From: Podarcis liolepis
Taxonomy: Eukaryota
Reading direction: 5' to 3' (one strand)
Length of the DNA stretch: 64,000 bases
NCBI GenBank assembly: GCA_965112155.1
Contig: OZ218106.1
Each line of letters starts with the position of its first letter. Within the stretch, counting starts at the first letter, position 1. The notes beneath the pieces were generated by a model, which made no database searches, was not told the origin of the DNA, and worked only from the letters and a program-made list of their open reading frames with translations. Made by a program: the position numbers and the translations under genes. Shown here one piece after another: positions 54,168-64,000 of this stretch.

Positions 54168-54814
54168 ATGTACAGAAGTTGATTAGAACTTTTTAACCTT
54201 TCCAAGAAAACTCTTCCAAATGTGTAGGGCAGCTTTTTCATGAACAGTAAACTATTCATTTCCCTTGCATTCCTATTATTTCGTCTTTCTCTAGTTACAC
54301 CATATATATCAGATCAAATCAAAGTGTGGAGAGACCACTGATTTGAATAAAAGACTCACTTCCCTCCTCTTTTTCGAAGAGAATATAATTCTAAGAGAGT
54401 ATTGCTTCATAAAAACATAAAATTTTGGTCACAACAGGCTAGATTATTAGGAATTATTTAGAGAAAAGAAGAATACACATTGAAACAAAATTAAAAATGT
54501 CAGTGTTATTAAAAAACATCAAATCTGTGTCTTATAATACTGTCAATAATGTATTTCATTTTTTCTCTTGGACAGCATCATATCAGTGGGGAGTTTAGAA
54601 GGTAAACAAATTTTAATTTTGAATTCACTATATACTGATAGTGAATTCATTATCCAACTGTGGAGCCTTATGTATCCAAAATGGAACCCCCACCAAACTT
54701 CCACAAGAATGAAGCATCAGCAGGCTTAGGATAAGTATGTTTGCATAAGTACTTTTTTTATAGAGAGAGAGAAATCCCAATACAGTTGAATGAGAACCAA
54801 ACATGCTCAGTTAC

Positions 54815-55693
54815 AAGCTTGGTGGCTCAGGAGAATGCTGTGGACATACTGTATCTTGATTTCAGTAAGGCGTTTGACATAGTCGCCTATGTTATTTTTG
54901 TAGAGAAGATGGTTAAATGTGAACAGGATGAGATAATTGTTAGGTGGGTTTGTAACTGACTGACCAAACCCAAAGAGTGCTCACTAATGGTTCTTGGTCA
55001 TCCTGGGGGAAAGTGGCAAGTGGTGGTGTAGGGTTCTGTCCTGGGCTTGTTGTTGTTCAACATCTTTATAAATGGCATGGATGAAGCTATTGAAGGGATG
55101 CTCATCAAGTTTTCAGATGACACCAAAGTGTCATCTGGCTTGGGTAGCCAAGACAGAATCAGGATTCAACATAATCCTGACTTGGCTTGGGTAGCCAAGA
55201 CAGAATCAGGATTCAAGAGGACCTGAAAAGATTGGAGAACTGGGCCCAAACTAACAAAACGAATTTCAACAGGGACAAATGTAAGGTTCTACACTTAGGC
55301 AGGAAGAACCATCTGCACAAATATAAGATGGGAACACCTTGCTTGCCATTAGTACATGTAAAAAAGATCTTGGGGTTTTAGTAGACCACAAGCTTAATAT
55401 GAGAAAATAATGTGATGCAGCCTAGAAAGACTAGGGTTTTCTAGGCTGCATCTACCAAAGTCTAGTGTCCTGAAGTTATAGTATTGCTCTATTTTGCCTT
55501 GGTCAGACCATACCTAGAGTACTGTGCCCAGTTCTGGGCACCACAATTTAAGAAGGATATTGACAAGCTGGAATGTGGGCAGAGGAGAGGGCGACCAAGA
55601 TGACCAAGTCTTATGAGGAATGCTTGTGGGAATTAGGTATGTTTAGTCTGGTAAAGAGGAGAATGAGAGGAGATTTGAAAGCGATCTTCAAAT
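54815..55693 (+). mobile_element. Decayed CR1 LINE ORF2 (RT) fragment
   Basis: AVDILYLDFSKAFD, LIKFSDDTK, IQEDLKRLENWA, FNRDKCKVLHLGRKN and [15 protein letters not shown] motifs, with stops and frameshifts. Confidence 0.92.
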
Positions 55694-56528
55694 ATTATTA
55701 TTTTTCATTAGGAAAAAAAATTCTATCAACTCAGATAAAATGCTAATAAGCTAGTCTTTCTCAAGCAGCAAGATTTAAAAGTATATCAAGAAAAAGTTAT
55801 ATTAGATCTTCCAGCAACTGCTTTACACACTAAGGTTCTTAATTTCTAAGGCTTCATAAGGGTGGTGACAAAGATGAGTTGAAACTGATTATGCATAGCT
55901 CCATTTTGGGATCTTCGGAGCTTTTAAATTATCTTTTCATAAATGCTTTAAAAGTTGTCTGGCACAGATATTAAAGAAGGTAATACACAGTACAATCCTG
56001 TGAATGTTTACTCAATAGAAAGTTTCAGTGTATTCAGTTGTAAGTATTTCCTTGTGTGTTTAGGATTGTAGTGACAATATCCCACCCCCAAAAGTATGGG
56101 ACAGAGGTGTTTAGGTGTATACTTTTCTTTCCTAGAACTCTGATGTCTAGCAACTGTAACCAGGTGTAAAAGAACTAGAACTCAGTTGGATATATAAAAA
56201 AATAGGGGGCTTTTGAGCACTTACTCAGCCAAGCAAACAAGTTAAATCCATTTCGGGTTTCCTCTAGTGTCCTTTTTCAGCCAACAATTATTTTTTAGGG
56301 GGAGCGGACAATGTTAGTTGCTGCTATTGTTAGCCAGCTGACAGTCAAAGATCACCCCAAACACAGATCTGCCCTCTGGCATCCCTAACATGATACATCT
56401 ATACAGACACACTGGTAAGATGTGCAGGTAATGGAAGGTGGAGAGAAGTAATGGGATAAGCAAGGGGTTGAGTGGGCTAGGTGCAGTAGGAGAGGCAGAA
56501 GTGATGCAAATTGATTACTATTTCAAGT

Positions 56529-56657
56529 CACAGATAGGTAGCCGTGTTGGTCTGCCATAATCAAAATTAAAAAGTTCCTTCCAGTAGCACCTTAAAGACC
56601 AACTAAGTTAGTTCTTGGTATGAGCTTTTGTGTGCATGCACACTTCTTCAGATACAC
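56529..56657. mobile_element. Penelope-like element terminal fragment
   Basis: ggtagccgtgttggtctg...gtagcaccttaaagaccaac...tgagctttt..gtgcatgcacacttcttcagatac resembles the terminal repeats of sauropsid Penelope-like elements (recognised from memory). Confidence 0.65.
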
Positions 56658-59038
56658 AAGTCAGGGAGTTATATTTGGTTATTTCAAGTCAGGGAGTTAT
56701 ATTTGGTGAGCTGAGCTGAGCCAACTTGAATAAGCATCTAATGCTTAAGTCCCAGGCAGAAGATTCATAACCCTGAGAGGATTTCTCCCTTGCCTGGTAG
56801 AATGCAGAACCCATGTATCTAGGTAATATGTGAACTGTGCCTTGGCAATCTATACCGACCAACCTACCCCCTATCTCACTCACTACGAGTTTTCTCCTCT
56901 GCAGCAGATTTAGGGAGGGCATGTGGGGATGCAGAGTGGGAAGGGGAAATCATTGAAAATGGTTTCTCTCCTCATTCTTCTGACAGAAATTTTAACACCA
57001 GTGAGCAGCTCAGGTGGACATAACCCTATTTTTTAAAAAATGCTCAATTTCATAACACTACATTAGGAAGCTGCTCTAATGTACTCATCATACTGTACTA
57101 TGTGCCTTTCATAAGAAAGCTGACTTGACTTTCCTACCAAAATGTGGAATTGTAATTGAGTATAAGCAGTCTTTCACTCTTCTACTTCTACTGAAGGTAT
57201 AAGGAACACTAAAACAAAGGCACATTCAGCAGGTATTTCTCAACTGTACTAAACCTTATGGACACAGTTGGCATAATTTAGTATCCCTGGAATTACATTT
57301 TATTTCATTACAGGCTCCTATCTCTATCTGTCGTACTCAGGTACCAATTTAATTTATGTTTCTATACCTGTACTGCATTTTGTTAATTGTGAAATATTTA
57401 AAGTTTTCAGAATGTCAGTAAGGGTTTTTAATAGGCATCTAAAGCTAAACACAGTGAGCACCAATGGTATTTGTGGTGGGAAATACGATTTCTTTCCTTT
57501 ATTGCAGCTAGAGGGACAATGCCCTGGCCTGTTGCTTTTAGGATAATTTATCAGCACTTCTTAATCTACTTTAATATTCTACATTTCATCTTTATTTTGG
57601 TTAGATTTAAATGAACAGCACAACTGTGCACAAGGAGACTTTGGGTGAGTTTTCCAAAAAAGTAATCTCTAATGTCATATTTCAACTCTTTTCTCCAAAA
57701 GCAATATTTTAACATGCCTGCTGTTAATTGTTTTGAAACAATCTCATTTTTGAATTTGCAATAGCACATAATAATATAAAGGGAAAGGAAGAATGTTACT
57801 GTGCAGTCCAGAATTTACTCTTGCACTTTGGTATCATTTGCAGTGCAATTGCAGCTTTAGTGATTTATCAACACATGTTATGAAGCATGGAGATTCTCTG
57901 TCCTGTGCCCTCCAATCTGAAGCATGACTGAAGTGAATAATGTGGCAGTGCTTCAGAGGTTTCCTCACCAGAAAAATGGACAGGAGAGAGAAAAGGGGCC
58001 AGAGTGCCACACTTACAGATGAACTCAGGGAAGCTGGCGTCTGCAAAAGTCACGGAGGCATGAATTCAGGTTCTTACACTGGATTTCGCAGAAATCCTAA
58101 ACAGATCCCAGCAGCAAGGAATCAAAAATTGAATGGGCCTTCAGCCTGAAGTCATATGACGGGCTGCCCCAAGCAAGTATTTTTAAATAGTTGTCTCACT
58201 TTCAAATGTTAGTCTTTTTTCACTTGTCTTGCTTTAATAAGAAGGCTAGTGATTGGATACCTATGGTGAATGAGCTTGCACAATAAGAATGAAGGGTACT
58301 GTTACATGAAATAAAGAATGTTCTGGAGGGGGAGAATGGAGGCGATCAGACAGCAACTCCTCCAGGTATCTACCCTTGCAAAAAGAATCACATTTAGACT
58401 TCAATAAAATGCTCTTTTGCAAGTCAAAGGCAAACTCTGCTTGCAACTACAATACTGAACCCTAAGGTAGCAATTCCTGAATTATGGCGTTAATTTCAGG
58501 GTCACAGACAAAACAAGGGCAAAAGTTGGGATAATGACCTACATCAAAATGCTGCTATGCATACAACTATTTTTAAACACTATGTAGAAACAGCAGTGAT
58601 TCTGCTGTGTAAACTGTGTGGGAAATTGCACTTTTCCCCAGGCTGACTTTGGACAGTGGGTTTTAGAGAACCAGGGAACATTACAGAGTTAAGTACTGCA
58701 AATCACAATAGTATATTTCAGAAAGTAAAAATTCAGCCCTAAGTGAGAGGCTTTACAAAAACCAAGGAAGAAAAATACGTTTTAATTACTGACAAACAAT
58801 TAAATGCTGCAAATCTACTTTGGTAAGTCGGTGAATTAACACAAGCATTGAACTGAATGCTTTGATATATGCAAGATAAGTAGCAGTGAAACATAATTAT
58901 TTAATATCAGTTTTAATTTTTAAATGCCATGTTCCTCAGAAAATTGCCTGAGGAACTTTAGATTTCAATGAATAAGACTAGAAAGAAAGAAAACAATAAA
59001 CTTTCAGTATAAAAATGCCTCAGAAAGACCTTACTTAC

Positions 59039-59122
59039 GCAGCAGCCTCTTGTTTTGACAATCCTTTGATATGCTTGGCCAAATAACGATCGATGGCATC
59101 TTTGCCTTTGATCAAATGCATC
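59039..59122 (-). CDS. TTC29: TTC29 coding exon 2 (84 nt)
   Basis: tttag|G...GC|gtaagt; MHLIKGKDAIDRYLAKHIKGLSKQEAA matches recalled human LIKEKDDIDHYLEVNFKGLSKEEVAA; phase 2/2. Confidence 0.93.
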
Positions 59123-59742
59123 CTAAATTTAAATAAAAAAAATTAAAGAACAGTGAGGTGACTTAACATCAAAATCTGCTACATGTATTATGTATTAACC
59201 TTTGCCAAGCAAAGACAGATAAATATTAAAATATTGACAAAGTATTTTATCTACATGTACAAGTATCACTTTACCTTTTGGGTCTGCAGCTAATTCAAAC
59301 CTTTATTTTGTAGAAAAGTACACTTGGCTTTAGCGAAAGGCTCCTTTTATTCATGACTTTCACTTTTAGTACATAAATAATAAACCTTATTGGACTCCAT
59401 GTTTTGCAATGATTGGGAAGTAAACGTGCATCTTCTCTCTCAAGTGCAATGACCACAATGAGCATTATTTGAGTTGGGCAAGATACATTTAGACTGAAAT
59501 CGTAACCCCTATTTACCGGGGAGTAATCCTAACTAAATTCAACGGAATTTCCTTTTGAGGAGGATTTCTCTGTTATTTTTTGAAAATCAGGTTTAATCAC
59601 AAATGTTTTGAAATATTAGCACAGAGTTCTATCTAACCCATGTGAAAAAGTCAGGGCATAACCCAGTAACAAACTGCTTTAGATAATGCCAACCGATGGC
59701 AGTTCACAAAATCCTAGTAACATTTTGATAAGATATAACATT

Positions 59743-60730
59743 TGAGAAACCTCTCTGTGGGACAAGAAGCTACAGTTAGAACCGGATATGGAACAACTGA
59801 TTGGTTCAAAATTGGGAAAGGAGTACGACAAGGCTGCATATTGTCTCCCTGCTTATTTAACTTATATGCAGAATTCATCATGCGAAAGGCTGGGCTGGAT
59901 GAATCCCTAGCCGGAATTAAGATTGCTGGAAGAAATATCAACAACCTCAGATATGCAGATGACACAACCTTGATAGCAGAAAGTGAGGAGGAATTAAAGA
60001 ACCTTTTAATGAGGGTGAAAGAGGAGAGCGCAAAATATGGTCTGAAGCTCAACATCAAAAAAACGAAGATCATGGCCACTGGTCCCATCACCTCCTGGCA
60101 AATAGAAGGGGAAGAAATGGAGGCAGTGAGAGATTTTACTTTCTTGGGCTCCATGATCACTGCAGATGGTGACAGCAGCCACGAAATTAAAAGACGCCTT
60201 CTCCTTGGGAGAAAGGCGATGGCAAACCTAGACAGCATCTTAAAAAGCAGAGACATCACCTTACCAACAAAGGTCCGTATAGTAAAAGCTATGGTTTTCC
60301 CAGTAGTGATGTATGGAAGTGAGAGCTGGACCATAAAGAAGGCTGATCCCCGAAGAATTGATGCTTTTGAATTATGGTGCTGGAGGAGACTCTTGAGAGT
60401 CCCATGGACTGCAAGAAGATCAAACCTCTCCATTCTTAAGGAAATCAGCCCTGAGTGCTCACTGGAAGGACAGATCGCGAAGCTGAGGCTCCAATACTTT
60501 GGCCACCTCATGAGAAGAGAAGACTGCCTGGAAAAGACCCTGATGTTGGGAAAGATGGAGGGCACAAGGAGAAGGGGGCGACAGAGGACGAGATGGCTGG
60601 ACAGTGTTCTCGAAGCTACCAGCATGAGTTTGACCAAACTGCAGGAGGCAGTGGAAGACAGAAGTGCCTGGCGTGCTCTGGTCCATGGGGTCACGAAGAG
60701 TCGGACACGACTAAATGACTAAACAACAAC
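59743..60730 (+). mobile_element. 5'-truncated BovB (RTE-clade) LINE: RT C-terminal half plus (CAA)n tail
   Basis: 326-aa stop-free ORF with GVRQGCILSPCLFNLY and LRYADD RT motifs and the BovB end VHGVTKSRTRLND; aacaacaacaac tail; direct repeat AACATTTGAG at 59737-59746 and 60731-60740. Confidence 0.97.
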
Positions 60731-61379
60731 AACATTTGAGCACAACTGAGACCCAATGCATTCATTACTTCAAACTCAGGGAACTAAGTCAAATAATGCT
60801 TTCAATTAAAAATAAATAAATTCAAATGTAGCTTCCTGAGGGGGGAAATATAGTGAATTGGTAAGAAACTTTAGAGACCGTGGGTGGTATCCAGTGCTGT
60901 CCCCTTCACTGATGGATAGCACTGTCAACCTAAAGCAGAGGAAGACTGGTTTGTGTGATTTCCTCTCTCCTCCAGGCCCCTGTGCCTTCACCTATCCCCC
61001 CAACAGGCTCTTTTTTATACCTAGACCACCTGCCCATTTACTTACAAAAACAGCTACTATTGAGAATCCATAAATATTAAAAATGCCTCTCCATTTTAAT
61101 TTCAGCTCCACTATTTTGTACTTCTATCACAAGGCACACAGTTTGACTTTTATTGTGACTTGGTCATCAGCAGAAAGGGGAGGGAGACGTAAAGTTTTAA
61201 AACACTCTAATTACACATTAATTGACTGCATACAGTCCCTCTCAGAATCAATTAGTGCACAGGTCTGATTCTTTCTCACTGCTGGCCTGTACCTCAATGT
61301 GCTCCTTCAGTACTTTAGCTTTAAAGAGTGGTACACTCAACTGAGACATAATAAACAAACAAATACAAGAAACACACAC

Positions 61380-61468
61380 CTTGCAAGTTCTGGTGATGGG
61401 CATCTCATCTCTTCCTTACTTGGATGCGCTTTGGGGGTTCGCACTGGCACAGGAAGGAATATATTCAT
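61380..61468 (-). CDS. TTC29: TTC29 first coding exon (ATG at 61468; exon starts about 61474)
   Basis: Acceptor tatttag|TTCAAG ATG; encodes MNIFLPVPVRTPKAHPSKEEMRCPSPELA(R); donor AAG|gtgtgt. 89 coding nt, phase 2 fits the next exon. Weakly resembles the recalled human N-terminus MTTLPPLPMTRPK. Confidence 0.8.
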
Positions 61469-64000
61469 CTTGAACTAAATAAATAAATACAGAATTGTCA
61501 GAAATTCATGTCACATAGTTTTCACTTTTCTTAGACATTCATTACAGGTGTGTTGTTCGGTGTAAACTATACTAGTTGTTCAGAGGTTTCGCAGCACCAA
61601 GATATCAGCAGAGCTTTTAGTCACTGTGAAATTGACTCATTAGATACCCATCATAATAAACAGAGACCCCTCATAGCACACACCAATTTGAAATCAACTT
61701 GGAGTAAGAGCAGCAATGAAGAGATGTTATCCCAAAACCATATTTTAACTAGGAATGCAAAACTTCCAAGAATATTGGGAGACATAAAAGTAACAATGAA
61801 AGCACAGAGAAGTTTTTGTTGTTCTTTTTTTAAAAAATAAAAACAGGGATTTCAAGAACATTCTAAGTATTTGTAGATTGAAATATTAGATTTGGTTATA
61901 TTCACTGGCCCAGAAACAGTGCTTGCAATAGAACCGCTCTCTTATCATCATGTAGGCATGAGACAAATCTATGTTTGATAATGGAGCAGGTGGGAAATTA
62001 ATACATAGAATATTGTGATCATACTACTAGACTTCATGTTGAACAGGGAAAACAAAAACATAGCTATTTTTGTAACAGTGATAGTACAAGTTGCCTACAA
62101 GTATCTCAACTTAGCATTTCCCAGCATTTAACTGTAACATTCAGTTTCACTGTTTTTCTTTCTAACTGAACATTTGCAACAAATTTCCAACTCCTGTATA
62201 TTAGAATGTAACCCCAATTTTAAATAATGACCCAACAAGTACTTATTTTAACAGCCTTACATTTCAGTAGCTATAAGAACATTGCTTATGGAACACTAAC
62301 ATGTTACAACGACAACATAATGATAGTAACTTAATACAACAATTAGTTTTATATGAGCACAAGCTTTATTTCTTTTAAGCAGAACAACAACAAAAAGCCA
62401 TTAGACAGAGCAGTCTAGCTTGTCATTTTGAAGTTCATAAATGCTAATAGGACTTTTTTGTCACATAGAGCACTGTGTTCTTTTCCCCACGTACTCAGCT
62501 TACACTTCCCACCATTAAAGTTACAGCTGCCAGTTCCTTCATTTTGCAAGTCTATGATCTGAGAATGTTAGCAGCAGGAGCACCCTTACTCTTAAATTTG
62601 GTTTAATGTAGATATTGTAAGCCCTGCTGGCAGGCCTCAAGGCACAAACTTTTAATGGAGCCAGAAACACAGCGTTGTAAAAATGGAGAGAAGGTTCTCC
62701 AATTGTTAGAGATATGTTATTCCAAGGAAATTTAGTTTGCTTTACAAGTACGGAATAGCTGATAGTAGTTAAAAAGTAAAAATAAGCAACAGAGCCTCTG
62801 CTGTTGTTAGATCAAGACTAATGATAATCCCCACTTCAGAAGTGCAGTCTTTTGAATTCAAACTTTTTTCATTTGGACCTTCTGAATAAATTAAAAATGA
62901 AGGGCAAACATATCTAGAGACTGGGTTCAGTTCATAATTAACCCAATTTTGCCCTAGCACCAGCCCTTCCCACAACCAAAGCCACTAACCTCCCTTGTTT
63001 TGCCGAAACCTATCTGGGGTCAGTGATTAAAAGGGACTTTGTTAGGCCATGTAACAGCACTGTGTGTCTCAAGATTCCTGGAAAATTGCAGGTTCCACTA
63101 TAATCCCAGTGATTCTGGCAAGCGTGATGAGATTGCTGGAGTGTTCCAGGATTTAGTCAAGGCAGCAGAAGCAGAAGCAACAACTGCATCAGGAATGGAC
63201 TTTGGTCTTTCAAATTTCAGTGGTGACCTGTGCGAAGCTAAAATTTGCTCCCCACCTCTCGCCTTCCATTCTGCTCAATTCACTACATCATAGTTGTGAT
63301 GCCCTGTTGCTCTCTAGGTTTGGTGCTCAGTGTGGTGGAACCAGTTGCACTGCCCTAAAACCTCCTCTGATTGCATGCTACCTCCCGGAAAGTTTTGGAA
63401 AAAGTGAAAGAGGCAGCAGGGAATGGCAATCATTATTGCCTCATTTTGTTCCTAGTTATATCACCAAGTGTGTGATTAGACCTAAAACTTAAATGGGCTG
63501 ATCTGAATTGAGCCCATTCCAAAGTACGTGAAAGAAAGCTTGCCCATTACTAATCAAGACACAGAATAATGTATATAAATCAGGTCTTTCTCTTAGGGAA
63601 AACTCCATTTGACAGGATAATTGCCATGAGAATGTGCAAACAAAGTAAATAAAAAACTTCTTAGGGGATGTATTCAGGTTCAGCTTAAAATGCAGATTGA
63701 CAGGCCAGCAGCAGGTGAAGAAGAGTGACAGTACATTGTCACTGAAAAGTTGAACAGTGCTTAATGAAGCCAAATAAAATCTCATTTACTTATTTAAGAG
63801 ATTTATATGCTGCCATTCAGGCTTACAAAGGCAGCTTACAAAACAAACTGAATAATAGATGTTGACAGGTTTTGATCTGTTTTACTGTTAATTTTTGCTG
63901 ATAATTTTAATATTTCTTGTAAACCACTTAGAGATTTTATTATAATCAAAAGATGTATACATTTTCTTAAAGAAAGAAAAAATAAAACATATAAAATACA

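Noticed and set aside
53903-54259. ORFs spanning N runs (also 6419-6778 and 53215-53406)
   Set aside because: Artefacts of translating assembly gaps.
1-64000. Prokaryotic-style novel system (CRISPR array, defence operon, RT-associated array)
   Set aside because: The DNA is vertebrate intronic sequence; no regularly spaced repeat-spacer array or operon was seen. The RT sequences present belong to ordinary BovB and CR1 LINEs.

Overview
Eukaryotic genomic DNA, AT-rich, from a squamate reptile. The repeat content (Sauria SINEs, BovB/RTE, CR1, small DNA-transposon MITEs) suggests a lacertid lizard. The window is almost entirely the intron-rich body of one minus-strand gene, TTC29 (TPR-repeat protein of motile cilia and sperm flagella). 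I reconstructed nine consecutive coding exons by hand: 61468-61380, 59122-59039, 45202-44979, 40343-40158, 25684-25472, 22094-22009, 10943-10852, 5046-4923 and 1215-984. All introns are GT-AG and in phase, giving 1330 nt (443 codons + 1 nt) with no stop. The final exon(s) presumably lie left of the window and the promoter right of it. The introns hold five Sauria SINEs, a 5'-truncated BovB LINE with an intact ORF and TSD, a decayed CR1, an L1/Tx1 3' end, a solo LTR, a CpG-rich DIRS/LTR-like fragment, several Tc1-mariner, hAT and Harbinger-like MITEs, a Penelope-like end, microsatellites and three N gaps. Most short ORFs in the track are noise. I found no CRISPR array, rRNA/tRNA gene or operon-like novel system. 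The best leads are insertion-mechanism signatures, an antisense bias of retroposons, candidate conserved enhancers (POU4F2 neighbourhood) and one unexplained strand-skewed 1.3-kb segment.
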